Part shown: positions 9,842 to 19,889 of the stretch, in pieces
Numbering within the stretch: position 1 is the first letter of the stretch
Layout: each line of letters starts with the position of its first letter
Virus record (IMG/VR): IMGVR_UViG_3300005805_000217
Location: 1-37,132 of that record
Reading direction: 5' to 3' (one strand)
DNA from: a virus
Taxonomy: Duplodnaviria > Caudoviricetes
DNA: 37,132 nucleotides
The notes under the pieces: model-generated
What the model was told of the DNA's origin: nothing
Databases searched by the model: none
The model's input: the letters and a program-made list of their open reading frames with translations, nothing else
Position numbers and translations under genes: made by a program

Positions 9842-11569
9842 ATGGCTGCGGTTGAGCAGAAAAAGAATTACGCCGTAGTTAAAGACTTCAAGGGCGTAAA
9901 CACCAAGAACAATCGCACCGTCATTGAGAACGGAGAGTTTTCTTGGATGGAAAATGCCATGCCGATTGGCTATGGCAACATCAAGATACTCAGCGCAGCA
10001 GACCAGCTAGCCAACGTCACGTTTGCTAATACCGTGACGTATATGACCAGTGTAAATATTAATAACACTGAGTATGTGCTGGCGTTTCAGCAAAATGGTG
10101 CGGCGCAATATGTCAATATTTCGTCAGGCACCGTCGGGAATATTGCCAATGCCAATACCTTTTCCAACACTGGCGTTATGGCAACGCAGTGGAAGAACGA
10201 ACGGGCCCTAATTATCGACCCTAACAACGGGTATAAGACTTGGGATGGCGTTGATCTTCACGACATTGGCGCGGTCAATAGCATCACTATTAACAATGGC
10301 GGCACTGGCTACGGAGCCAATACCACCGTATCCTTTGGCGCACCCAATCAAGCTAATGGCATCCAGGCTACTGGCGAGGTTGTAGTTACGTCAAACGCCG
10401 TTGCCGAGATTGTTATTACAGAGCCTGGCACCGGATACACCAGCGCCCCGACAGTGACCATCAGCGGGTCTGGCAGCAATGCCAACGTTACCTGCACGAT
10501 CCTAGACCAGAACGGTATTGACGTAGCCACGTTCTCGGGCCGCGCATGGATTGCCGATGGGCGAACGGTTTTTTACTCTGCGGCAGATACCTTTAACGAC
10601 TTTTACAACGTATCAGCCGGCTTCCTGACGATTACCGACTCCACGCTGCGAACCGACATTACCAGGATTCTATCGGCCAATAACTTCCTGTATGTGTTTG
10701 GCGAAGATTCTATTAATGTGTTTTCAGATGTAAGGATTGATCCTACGACTGGCGTTTCGTTGTTTACGAACACCAACGTATCGGCCTCAATCGGCACGAA
10801 GCTGAACCACGCGATTTTCCCCTACTTCCGTTCGATTCTGTTTATGAACGAGTATGGGGTTTATGCGCTGGTAGGCTCAACCACCACCAAGATCAGCGAC
10901 CCCCTGGACGGGATATTCCCTCTGATTGATTTCAATTCGGAAGTCACGGGCGGTCAATGCCTAATAAACAACATCCTTTGTGCCGTATGGAACTTTAAAT
11001 ACGATAACAACGGAACAGATGAATGGATACAGGCGGCGTTCTTTGAGCGTAAATGGTTCTTTTCTAGTCAACTAACAAATGGTTTTTATTTAACCACAGC
11101 GTTCCAAGACAATATCCTTAACGCCTATGCTAGCACTGGGACTGACCTTTACCGCTTTTACGCGGACGATGCGACAAATGTTGACGTTCTGATTGAAACC
11201 GCTTTGATGCCGATGGGTGATCCTATCCGCGACAAGCAGGCGCTGAAGATTGGCATTGAAGCTACATTGGGGAATATTCCCATAGAAATGGTGGCTTATG
11301 TTGATTCTGAATCGGCGCAATCTCCACCAATATTGTTTAGTAACTCTATTCAGTGGATAAACAATAGCCTTAATGCGATTAACTGGACAAACAACAGTTC
11401 GCAAGTAATTATTTGGACTGCTAACACTAGCCCAGGTGCAGGATATTATTTGTATCGTTCTGATGCCAAGATGTATGGAAAATATCTTGGGCTTACAATT
11501 ACTGCTACTGCCACCCCATTTACAATTAGCGGGTTCCAATACGAACACGAACTAAGAGCGAGGTTCTAA
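9842..11569 (+). CDS. tail nozzle / packaged-DNA stabilisation protein (tubular B or P22 gp10-like)
   Basis: 575-aa beta-rich protein starting DFKGVN..N, follows the adaptor; inserted ITINNGGTGY / ITEPGTGYTSAPTVTISG repeats. Confidence 0.7.
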   Translation: MAAVEQKKNYAVVKDFKGVNTKNNRTVIENGEFSWMENAMPIGYGNIKILSAADQLANVTFANTVTYMTSVNINNTEYVLAFQQNGAAQYVNISSGTVGNIANANTFSNTGVMATQWKNERALIIDPNNGYKTWDGVDLHDIGAVNSITINNGGTGYGANTTVSFGAPNQANGIQATGEVVVTSNAVAEIVITEPGTGYTSAPTVTISGSGSNANVTCTILDQNGIDVATFSGRAWIADGRTVFYSAADTFNDFYNVSAGFLTITDSTLRTDITRILSANNFLYVFGEDSINVFSDVRIDPTTGVSLFTNTNVSASIGTKLNHAIFPYFRSILFMNEYGVYALVGSTTTKISDPLDGIFPLIDFNSEVTGGQCLINNILCAVWNFKYDNNGTDEWIQAAFFERKWFFSSQLTNGFYLTTAFQDNILNAYASTGTDLYRFYADDATNVDVLIETALMPMGDPIRDKQALKIGIEATLGNIPIEMVAYVDSESAQSPPILFSNSIQWINNSLNAINWTNNSSQVIIWTANTSPGAGYYLYRSDAKMYGKYLGLTITATATPFTISGFQYEHELRARF

Positions 11570-11570
11570 G

Positions 11571-13223
11571 ATGGCTTTGCCAGTGGTTATCCCAAACACT
11601 TTTCAGAATGCTAGCGTAAGCATCCCGCTAAGCCAGCTTGATAACAATTTCTCAACGGTTGCCGTTGCCATCAATGGCATTGCTAATGGCGTTGAGGCGC
11701 TTTCAAATGTAAATATTACTGGCGGCAATGTTGTTGTTACAAATGCTAGCGTTACTACGCTTGACGCGACAAATATTAAAGTAACTAATATTCAAGCAAA
11801 AGATGGCACTGCTTCAGCAAGTATTGCTAATAGCACTGGCGTTTTAACGGTTGCTTCTGCCGTATTAACCACGGCAGACATTAATGGAGGCACGTTAGAC
11901 GGCGCCATTATTGGTGGTTCTTCTGCTGCGGCCGGTTCTTTTACCACCCTTTCGGCCACTGGCGTGGCGACATTTTCCGCAGGGACTTCCAGTGCTCCAG
12001 CGATTACAACAGCTTCATACACTGGAACTGGGCTTTTCTTTCCAGCAGCAAATACCATTGGATTTTCTAATGGCGCTGAAGCAATGCGTCTTAATAACAA
12101 TGGATATTTGGGAATTGGCACAAATGCACCTGATTGTAGGTTAGATGTTAGGGATGCAATTGACACAAATTTGAGGGTAGGTAGGGGGTTTGGACAGGGC
12201 AACGTTACTATTTACGGCCCAAGCGGGACTAATAGCGCGAGCTTTTTGCACAATGGAAGTGCGCTTTTTATTACGCAGACTGGCGGCACTTCTGGATTCT
12301 TATTCCGTAACACTGCTGGCGACTATACGTTTTCTACTGGTGCAGGGAATACCGAGAGGATGCGCCTAGACAGCGTAGGCAACCTCGGCTTGGGTGCCAC
12401 GCCTAGCGGATGGGCTAGCTTTACCGCGATGGAGTTTTCAAACGGCAATGCTTTGTATACCAATGGATCGCAAATGTCGTTGGCTTCAAATGCTTACAAC
12501 GACGGTTCTTGGAGATATAAAACAACTGCGGCTGCTGGTTTATATACTAACGTTCGCGGTGTTTTTAGCTGGTTTACCGCCCCATCTGGCACCGCAGGCA
12601 ACGCAATCTCATTCACCCAAGCGATGACGCTGGATGCAAGTGGGCGTTTGGGGATTGGAACGACTTCTCCGGGTGCAAGGCTGGATATCACTTCCACCGC
12701 TGCGTTTACTGCGCGTTTCTCTGGCCCGGCCAATACTTATATTGATGTGACTGACGGAACGGGCACGTTTAGGGCGCAGGTTGTTGCCGGAGAACCTTAT
12801 TTGAGTTCAATCGGCGCGTATTCGATGATATTTAGAACCGATAGCACGGAGCGCATGCGTATTACCTCTGCCGGTAATCTAGGGGTAGGCACCGCAGCGC
12901 CGGTAAATAAATTACAAGTCTCCGGTTCATTTGGTCGTGGTGCCCCAGTTACAAAGACCGGCAATTTTACCCTCGCAGATACAGAAAACTGGGTTATTTG
13001 CAACGGCACCGGAACGATTACCGTAACTCTGCCTGCTGCCTCTAGCTGGACTGGCCGAGAGTTTACGATAAAGACTATTGCTGCGTTTACTGTAGTTTCT
13101 GCTTCCACTAACGTTGTGCCTTTGGTTGGCGGTTCGGCAGGGACCGCGATCTTGGCGGCAACCGCTGGGGCATGGGCGACTCTGGTTTCTGACGGAACCA
13201 ACTGGATCATTATGCAGGCTTAA
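11571..13223 (+). CDS. tail fibre protein
   Basis: N-terminal IPLSQLDNNF anchor-like segment; four ERMR(I/L)xxxG(N/R/Y)LG(I/V/L)G shaft repeats; C-terminal beta domain ending LVSDGTNW. Confidence 0.85.
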   Translation: MALPVVIPNTFQNASVSIPLSQLDNNFSTVAVAINGIANGVEALSNVNITGGNVVVTNASVTTLDATNIKVTNIQAKDGTASASIANSTGVLTVASAVLTTADINGGTLDGAIIGGSSAAAGSFTTLSATGVATFSAGTSSAPAITTASYTGTGLFFPAANTIGFSNGAEAMRLNNNGYLGIGTNAPDCRLDVRDAIDTNLRVGRGFGQGNVTIYGPSGTNSASFLHNGSALFITQTGGTSGFLFRNTAGDYTFSTGAGNTERMRLDSVGNLGLGATPSGWASFTAMEFSNGNALYTNGSQMSLASNAYNDGSWRYKTTAAAGLYTNVRGVFSWFTAPSGTAGNAISFTQAMTLDASGRLGIGTTSPGARLDITSTAAFTARFSGPANTYIDVTDGTGTFRAQVVAGEPYLSSIGAYSMIFRTDSTERMRITSAGNLGVGTAAPVNKLQVSGSFGRGAPVTKTGNFTLADTENWVICNGTGTITVTLPAASSWTGREFTIKTIAAFTVVSASTNVVPLVGGSAGTAILAATAGAWATLVSDGTNWIIMQA

Positions 13224-13234
13224 TGGAGATTTAC

Positions 13235-13555
13235 ATGACTCAAATCACTTGGACTGTTTCGCAACTGGACTGCTACCCGCAGGAAGATGGCCACACGGAT
13301 GTGGTGTTTAACGTCCACTGGCAATGCACCGGGGTGGATGGCGATTACACCGGGCAGGTTTATTCGACCTGTGCAGTTACCCTCGCGGCTGGCGCTCCGT
13401 TCACGCCCTATGCCGACTTGACCCAAGATCAGGTGCTGGGCTGGATTTGGGCTTCCGGCGTGGACAAAGCCGCCACCGAAGCTGCGGTGCAGCAGCAGAT
13501 TGACAACCAGATTAATCCTCCGGTTGTAACCCCTCCTCTGCCCTGGGCCTCGTAA
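13235..13555 (+). CDS. tail-fibre-associated protein (assembly chaperone candidate)
   Basis: GGAG SD before ATG 13235; DVVFNVHW, FTPYADLTQDQVLGW, PPLPW pattern of small genes that follow fibres. Confidence 0.7.
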   Translation: MTQITWTVSQLDCYPQEDGHTDVVFNVHWQCTGVDGDYTGQVYSTCAVTLAAGAPFTPYADLTQDQVLGWIWASGVDKAATEAAVQQQIDNQINPPVVTPPLPWAS

Positions 13556-13572
13556 TCTAATCTTTGCCAAGC

Positions 13573-13785
13573 ATGATAAAAATTGATTTTGAGTTTGATA
13601 CTGTTCACGGCATTTTTCGTGATGCGCTTCATTTCCAGGATGGCGCTGTGCCTAGTGAAGATGAGATTGAGGCCATGAAAATAGCCCGCCGCGATGCTTG
13701 GATTAACTTTATTGAGAACCCTCCACCCAACCCGAATTCCTTCCCTGAAGAAGAAATCATCGAAGAACAGGCGCAAGGCGAATAA
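13573..13785 (+). CDS. small fibre-associated hypothetical protein
   Basis: MIKIDFEF...EIEAMKIARRDAW; TAATG coupling to the next gene. Confidence 0.65.
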   Translation: MIKIDFEFDTVHGIFRDALHFQDGAVPSEDEIEAMKIARRDAWINFIENPPPNPNSFPEEEIIEEQAQGE

Positions 13786-15791
13786 TGGCCGATAGATATT
13801 GGGTTGGTGGCACAGCATCCTGGGACGGCACCGCCGGAACCAAGTGGGCGCTTACGTCTGGCGGCGCTGGTGGTCAAGCCATTCCTACCAGTGCAGACGA
13901 CGTTTTCTTTGATGCCAATAGCGGCGCAAACACCGTCACCATAGCGACCGGCAACACCGGCGCAAAAAGCATTAGCTGCACCAGTGGTTCTGGAGACTTT
14001 ACCGGAACGCTGACTGGCACTGCTCCTGTCGCAATTACTGTATCCGGTAGCGTCACGCTTGTTGCGGGGATGACCTACACCTATACCGGCACACTAACGA
14101 TAAACGGAACAGGAACTATTACTAGCGCAGGAAAAACTTTCGGCGCAGTAACAATCAGCACTTTTTCTACAAACCCGACGGTAACGCTTGGGGATTCGTT
14201 TACAGCCAGCGGGACTTTTAATTTTATTCAATCGGGGCAATTTAACGCCAATAACTATAATTTTACAGTTCCGGCTTTTATCTCCAACGCCAGCACTGTT
14301 AGAACTATAACAATGGGTTCTGGTTTGTGGACTCTGACTGGAACCGGGACAGTTTGGAACGTATCCGCAGCTAGTCTTACGTTCAACAAAGATACCGCAA
14401 ATATACTCTTGTCGGATAACAGCACTACGACAAGAAGTTTTGCTTCTGGCAGTTTAACCTATAATAAATTAACAATCGGTGGAAATACATCAACCTCGCA
14501 GACTAGTATCAATGCTAGTCCAACTTTTAGCGAATTAGCATCAACAAAAACCGTTCCCCACACTATACAGTTTAACGGCAACCCAACTGTAACAACTTGG
14601 TCTGTTACCGGAACGTCCGGGAACGTAGTTACGGTTCAGAGTAATTCCGCCGGAACCACTAGAACTTTAACCAAAGCCGGTGGTGGTTTTCTTACTGGTA
14701 TTGATTATTTATCTGTCCGCGATATATCTGGTTCTCCAATATCAGATACTTGGTATGTTGGCGCAAATTCTGTAATTACTGCTAGTGGCCCAAATACAAC
14801 AAGGGGCGTCTTTACTACGCAACGCGCAACAAATGCGGTTGTTGTTCTTGATTCAACATCATCTACCACATGGACTGTTCCTTCTGACTGGAACAATTCT
14901 TCAAACACCATCCATCTGATAGGCGGCGGTGGCGGCGGTTCTGGTGGTTATGCCTCCGGTAATAATCGTGCTGCTGGCGGCGGTGGTGGCGCTGGTGGCT
15001 ATACAAAATTAACGAACCAAACGCTTACCACTGGCGGCAGTATCACCTACCAAGCTGGTTCTGCTGGAACTGCTGGCACTGCAAACGGAAACGGTGGCGC
15101 TGGTGGCACTACATCTTGGAATTCTGGCGCATCATCCGCTGGTGGCGGTGGCGGTGGAACTGCCGCAACAACTCCAGCTTCTGCTGGTGGGACGGCGGGA
15201 ACCGGAACCACATTTAACGGCGGCGCTGGTGGTAGAGGCGCGTTTGGCACAACCGCATCGCAAGGTTATGGCGGTGGCGGTGGCGGCGGGGCCGGTGGGC
15301 CTAATGGTGCTGGCGGTGCTGGCGGTATTGGTTTTGGTTCAACTACCGAAGCAAACATTGCTGGCGGTGGTGGCGGCGGCAATGGCGGCGGCACTGCTGG
15401 TGGTAATGCTTCATCTGGCGTCGGCGGCACTGGTGGCAATAACTCGGCTGGCGTTGGTGGCGGAGCAAATAACGCAAGCGGTCATTCTGGCGGTGGTTCT
15501 GGCGGTCTTGTTGGCGGCGTAAATCTTTTTGGCGGATATGGTATTGATGTATTTGGGACAGGCAGCGGCGGTGGTGCTGGCGGCAACAACGCAAGCGCGA
15601 ATACTGGTTCTTCCGGCCTATATGGCGGCGGCGGCAGTGGCGGTGGCGTAACAACTGTTGGCACCGGGGTTACAGGAACTGCTGGTGGGCAGGGCGTAAT
15701 TATCATTACTTACACGCCGGCTGTTACACCTGTTGTTTCCGGCAGAAAATACATTTATACCCGTCGCAAAAACAAACGAATTATTATGTAA
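13785..15791 (+). CDS. glycine-rich virion fibre/adhesin-like protein
   Basis: MADRYWVGGTASWDG start, T/S/G-rich beta-helix-like body, then a long Gly-rich domain (IGGGGGG...GGQGVIIITY). Confidence 0.75.
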   Translation: MADRYWVGGTASWDGTAGTKWALTSGGAGGQAIPTSADDVFFDANSGANTVTIATGNTGAKSISCTSGSGDFTGTLTGTAPVAITVSGSVTLVAGMTYTYTGTLTINGTGTITSAGKTFGAVTISTFSTNPTVTLGDSFTASGTFNFIQSGQFNANNYNFTVPAFISNASTVRTITMGSGLWTLTGTGTVWNVSAASLTFNKDTANILLSDNSTTTRSFASGSLTYNKLTIGGNTSTSQTSINASPTFSELASTKTVPHTIQFNGNPTVTTWSVTGTSGNVVTVQSNSAGTTRTLTKAGGGFLTGIDYLSVRDISGSPISDTWYVGANSVITASGPNTTRGVFTTQRATNAVVVLDSTSSTTWTVPSDWNNSSNTIHLIGGGGGGSGGYASGNNRAAGGGGGAGGYTKLTNQTLTTGGSITYQAGSAGTAGTANGNGGAGGTTSWNSGASSAGGGGGGTAATTPASAGGTAGTGTTFNGGAGGRGAFGTTASQGYGGGGGGGAGGPNGAGGAGGIGFGSTTEANIAGGGGGGNGGGTAGGNASSGVGGTGGNNSAGVGGGANNASGHSGGGSGGLVGGVNLFGGYGIDVFGTGSGGGAGGNNASANTGSSGLYGGGGSGGGVTTVGTGVTGTAGGQGVIIITYTPAVTPVVSGRKYIYTRRKNKRIIM

Positions 15792-15809
15792 CCTTTGACA
15801 AGGTGAATT

Positions 15810-16139
15810 ATGGGAACTAATGCTTTTACCAAAACCGGCAACACGGTAGCTTTTACGGCTAACGTTGCTGCGCCTACCGCCGTTCAATGCTCGTCAACTA
15901 CCCTTGGCGGTAACCAATATCGAGTGGTTAATGGTGGAAACGTGACTGTGTTTCTTGGTTACGGCGTAACTGCTGGCGATGCGTCAAATAACTCGACGGT
16001 GGTAACAACGACTGGTGCGGCCATCCCGTTGCTTTCAGGTGCCGTGGAGATTTTGACCTTTGTTCCTAATGCATACTTTACGGGAACAACGGCCGCTAAT
16101 ACTGCCGTGGTGTATATCACCCCTGGCGACGGCATCTAA
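15810..16139 (+). CDS. small beta-rich virion protein (paralogue of 24963..25310)
   Basis: AAGGTG SD; shares NQY..N....VF(L/V)xYG and YIxPG(D/E)G with 24963..25310. Confidence 0.7.
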   Translation: MGTNAFTKTGNTVAFTANVAAPTAVQCSSTTLGGNQYRVVNGGNVTVFLGYGVTAGDASNNSTVVTTTGAAIPLLSGAVEILTFVPNAYFTGTTAANTAVVYITPGDGI

Positions 16140-16160
16140 CGCTCGTTAAGGACAAACCCC

Positions 16161-16502
16161 GTGAATATGGACACTCTGGCTACTCCGATTTTCGGAGAGC
16201 CTGACTCTTTGCGGGACTTTCTTTTTGAGAATGGCGTTCAGCACCAGGCTTTTGCTGAAAGGCTGATTGATGCTGGCGCGCAGATTGTGCGCTACCCAAT
16301 TATGGACGCCGATCCGCAGGACTTGGACGACTGGTTACAGATTCATCAGTTAGAACATCAGCAATTTGCCAATATTCTCGACCTGAACAATCCATTTAAC
16401 CTGCAAGACTTGGATTTTAACCAGGAAGATGACTTCTATGATTGGGTTAATCGGCATTTGCTAATCCACGAACAGATTGCAAGGGCGCTTGGCGTTACCT
16501 AA
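16161..16502 (+). CDS. hypothetical acidic His-rich protein
   Basis: AAGGA SD, GTG start; repeated W...H...H pattern ([18 protein letters not shown]). Confidence 0.7.
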   Translation: MNMDTLATPIFGEPDSLRDFLFENGVQHQAFAERLIDAGAQIVRYPIMDADPQDLDDWLQIHQLEHQQFANILDLNNPFNLQDLDFNQEDDFYDWVNRHLLIHEQIARALGVT

Positions 16503-16510
16503 GGAATAAA

Positions 16511-19500
16511 ATGGCTATTATATACAACGAAGATACCGGCCAATACTTTAAAACGTCTGAAGATGAGCCGCCCGTAGAGGTTGTTCGCGCCTCAGACGGA
16601 GAAAGCTGGATTCCCGCTGCAACTGCGTCAGTAGCTCCCCCCGTAGATATTGCTCCTGTTGCGCCGGCCATACCAGCTACACCAGCAGTTTCTCCATTAC
16701 AGTCTGTTATTGATAGAAATCCTGTTGTTTCTTACTCCGGGACTCCGTATTCTGCGCCTCAAAGGACAGGACAATATGTTTTATACAGGCCTGCGGGTGA
16801 CGAAGGTCAACGAGCAATATTCATGGATTCTGGCACAGGACAGCTATACACCACTGTGCGTGGAGAAGATGAGGTCGGATACAGTGCTTTAGGAAGCGAA
16901 GAAGCGGCAATTTATGCCCCCGGATTTGTTGACCCTAATTTTAATTTTGCTGACTACAATTCTGCGCTTCAAGCATATTCGTCTGGCTATCAGCCGTGGG
17001 ATATTCAAAACGTATATTCTGGACTTTCAAGCAGGGAGCCTTTTAACCTAAACGCTCTGTGGGGCGGCACGCAATACGCTAGAGGTAGAGTTACTGATTA
17101 CGCTCATATTGATCCTACTCAATACGAAGCAAATCTGATCGCATCAAATACTCGGAACGCCCTTTGGAACCAGTATGACCAGTTAGTTGCTGCCGGAACT
17201 ACTCCACCTAAGAATCCTGACCAGGTCGCCCTAGATTTCTACGTGCAGAACGTAGGGGCGCAGGGCAACACCTATGGTTACGGGCCTGGCGCCAATACGG
17301 TGTTGGTAACTGAGGCGATCAAGAACAAGTTTCTGAATCAGCCTGAGGTTATCCAGGCTACCGGCTCTCGCTACACGACTCCTGAGGCGCAGATACGTGC
17401 TGCCACTGAGTTTGGTGCGGCGCATGAGGCTGGCGTTCCTGTTTGGCAGGTATTTGAGCAGCAGGGATACAGCAAAGACCTGCTTGGCAGTCTGATGCCG
17501 ATGATTCTTGGCGCCATGATCTTCCCAGGCTTGGGTGGTGCCTTGGCAAACGCTCTTGGCGGCGGGATTGCCGGAAATATCGCTGCCGCCTCGATTATTG
17601 GTGGCGTAAACGCTGAAATTCAGGGCGGTGACTTCCTGGATGGGGCTATTAAGGCCGCTTTGACCGCTGGAGCAGGGGCTGCAATGTCATCTGTGGGCGT
17701 TGCGGCCGAGGTTTCAAAGGCCCTGCAATCGCTGGATATTGCCCCTGATGTAGCCAATTTTGTGGCTAAAACGGTGGAAAACGCGGCCACTTCCGCTGTT
17801 GTGGCTGAAGCTACCGGAGGGGATGCTGCAAGCGCCGTAGCCAACGCTTTGTTGTCCGCTGGCGTCAGTGCTGCGCGTTCTGAGGTCGTAGATATTGTTA
17901 ATAATGTAACGGCCACAGAAACCCCGGCAGACATAGAGGATGCGGCGCTTGGCGCGGCCATGACCGAGGCTGCACTGCCCCAAGAAACAAGCATTGTTGC
18001 GCCGCAACAAATAGATGCAGGGATTGTGTCTGAGGCTCCCATATCCCCGGCGCCTGAGGTTTCTCCTGAAATTGCCCCCGTAGATATCCAAGATATTCTT
18101 GCCGAGATTCAGCAACCCGCCGTTACGCCCACGGTTGAAGAGCCCATTGTTCCACGTGAAACAACGCAAGACGCGATAGATACGGCGGCAAAGCCTACCC
18201 CAACGCCTAGCACTGAGGTTGCTACAGAGCCGACGCCCGTTGCTGAACCGGCCTCTGAGCCAGCACCTGAACCGGCAACTGAGCCGGCCGTTGAGCCCGC
18301 GCCTGTTACTGAAACCTTGCCGGAAGAAATTACGCCGCAAGAGATTATGGCCGAGATTCAGCCTGTTGAGCAGACTCCTACGCCTGTTGAGCCGGTCTCG
18401 GCAGAGGAACCCGCGCCTACCACAGAGCCTGTCGTTGAGCCCACCCCGCAGCCTGAGGCTGAGCCCGTTACTGAGCCTACGCCAGCAGAAGAAGCGCCTG
18501 TTACCACCCCGGAAACTGCGCCCGCCGATATTGCTCCGGTAACAGAAGAAGAGATTTTGGCGCAGATTACAGAGCAGCCGGCGGCTGAGCCTGAGCCTGA
18601 GCCTGCCCCTGTTGAGCCGACTCCTGTTGAGCCTACGCCCACTGAAGAGCCAGCGCCTGTTGAAGAGGCTGTTACAGGCCCTGCTGAAGAGCCGGCACCT
18701 GAGCCTGTTATACAGCCGGAGCCAGCGCCGGAACCCGTCCAGGAGCCTGCACCAGAGCCGGTGGTAGAGCCGACGCCTGAGGCGCCCGCTGAGATACCTG
18801 CTGGCGAAGTGACCCCGGAAGAAATCTTGCAAGAAATACAGGCCCCTCAAGAGGCTGTTGTTGAAGAGGCCCCGGTCGAACAAGCGCCTATTGAAGAAGC
18901 CCCGATTGAAGAGGTGCCGGTTGAGCCCGCGCCTGAGGTTGCGCCTGAAGCGCCCGTTGAGATTACGCCTACGCCAGAGCCAGAGCCTACCGAAGAGCCT
19001 CTGGTAACGCCTGAAGAGCCGCCGGTTGAGGAGCCCGTTGACCTGCCTCCAGAGTTGCCGCCTGAGGTGGTTGTTGAGCCGGAGCCGGGGCCGGTAGAGG
19101 AAACGGTTACACAGGAAGTTGCTCCCGTAGAAGAGTTGCCGGCACAAATAACTGAGGAAGAAATACTGCAAGCACTGGTTGATGAGGGGATTATCCCGGC
19201 TGAAGAGATCGCCCCGGTAGAGCCTGAGGCGCCCATAGAGGAGCCTTTGCCGCTAGCCGAAGAGCAGGTCATTGAGGAGCCTTTACCAGAGCCTGTGGCA
19301 GAAGAACCCCTGCCTGACCTGACCGAAGAACTGCCTGCGGAGCAGCCAATCCCTGAGGCGACCCCTGAGGTTGAGCCGGAACCCGTGTTGCCGCCCGCTG
19401 AAGAACAGCCGGCAGAAGAGCCTGCGCCAGAGGAAGCCCCGGCTGAAGAGGATGTTTTTGGCCCGATTGCCGACGAGGACATTATGCAGGCCATCGAGGA

Positions 19501-19888
19501 AGAGGCGCCTGTTGAAGAAGCTCCGGCTGAAGAGACTCCTGTTGAAGAGGCCTTGGTTGAAGAGGAAGCGCCGGCAACAGAATTTGGCGCCGAGGAACCA
19601 GCGCCAGAAGTTACCCAGGAAGAACTACCGGCTGAAACCCCTGCCCAATTTGAAGGCCCATCAGACATTGACAGGTTAATTGCATCATTGTTGTTGAGTG
19701 AATCAGGTGGAAGGACGACGCAACCGCGCAGGCCGACTGCTCAAGGTTCTGTGTCGCCAAGAGAGATAAGTGGCTCAGTTACGGGTATTATTGGCAAAAA
19801 ACAGCCCATTTTCGGCGGTGATGAAGATAAGCAGTCAGCAGAATGGAACCGTAGGTCTTTGCGACTTCGTAAGATTTTAGGACTCTGA
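16511..19888 (+). CDS. large Pro/Glu-rich protein, probable internal virion (ejection) protein
   Basis: 1125-aa ORF with TAAGGA SD; central Gly/Ala hydrophobic segment; about 600 aa of P/E/A/V/T low complexity; first of four large genes after the tail genes. Confidence 0.7.
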   Translation: MAIIYNEDTGQYFKTSEDEPPVEVVRASDGESWIPAATASVAPPVDIAPVAPAIPATPAVSPLQSVIDRNPVVSYSGTPYSAPQRTGQYVLYRPAGDEGQRAIFMDSGTGQLYTTVRGEDEVGYSALGSEEAAIYAPGFVDPNFNFADYNSALQAYSSGYQPWDIQNVYSGLSSREPFNLNALWGGTQYARGRVTDYAHIDPTQYEANLIASNTRNALWNQYDQLVAAGTTPPKNPDQVALDFYVQNVGAQGNTYGYGPGANTVLVTEAIKNKFLNQPEVIQATGSRYTTPEAQIRAATEFGAAHEAGVPVWQVFEQQGYSKDLLGSLMPMILGAMIFPGLGGALANALGGGIAGNIAAASIIGGVNAEIQGGDFLDGAIKAALTAGAGAAMSSVGVAAEVSKALQSLDIAPDVANFVAKTVENAATSAVVAEATGGDAASAVANALLSAGVSAARSEVVDIVNNVTATETPADIEDAALGAAMTEAALPQETSIVAPQQIDAGIVSEAPISPAPEVSPEIAPVDIQDILAEIQQPAVTPTVEEPIVPRETTQDAIDTAAKPTPTPSTEVATEPTPVAEPASEPAPEPATEPAVEPAPVTETLPEEITPQEIMAEIQPVEQTPTPVEPVSAEEPAPTTEPVVEPTPQPEAEPVTEPTPAEEAPVTTPETAPADIAPVTEEEILAQITEQPAAEPEPEPAPVEPTPVEPTPTEEPAPVEEAVTGPAEEPAPEPVIQPEPAPEPVQEPAPEPVVEPTPEAPAEIPAGEVTPEEILQEIQAPQEAVVEEAPVEQAPIEEAPIEEVPVEPAPEVAPEAPVEITPTPEPEPTEEPLVTPEEPPVEEPVDLPPELPPEVVVEPEPGPVEETVTQEVAPVEELPAQITEEEILQALVDEGIIPAEEIAPVEPEAPIEEPLPLAEEQVIEEPLPEPVAEEPLPDLTEELPAEQPIPEATPEVEPEPVLPPAEEQPAEEPAPEEAPAEEDVFGPIADEDIMQAIEEEAPVEEAPAEETPVEEALVEEEAPATEFGAEEPAPEVTQEELPAETPAQFEGPSDIDRLIASLLLSESGGRTTQPRRPTAQGSVSPREISGSVTGIIGKKQPIFGGDEDKQSAEWNRRSLRLRKILGL
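17900..19660 (+). repeat. degenerate coding repeats (GAGCCT/GAAGAG/CCTGTT) encoding EP/EE/PV low complexity
   Basis: For example GAGCCTGAGCCTGAGCCT near 18587-18604; recurrent PVEE, EPAPEP. Confidence 0.8.
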
Positions 19889-19889
19889 T

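Noticed and set aside
13785-15791. Diversity-generating retroelement target or invertible fibre cassette
   Set aside because: No reverse transcriptase, template/variable repeat pair or invertase seen in the window
17900-19660. Possible CRISPR or tandem DNA array
   Set aside because: Repeats are degenerate, codon-phased and have no constant repeat-spacer period; no cas genes
17714-19668. Long antisense ORFs (485 aa R/L-rich and 273 aa S/G-rich)
   Set aside because: Mirror of the P/E low-complexity coding repeats, which lack stop codons on the reverse strand
16511-19888. Tape measure protein
   Set aside because: Pro-rich non-helical composition, and no tail tube or tail chaperone genes; architecture is podovirus-like
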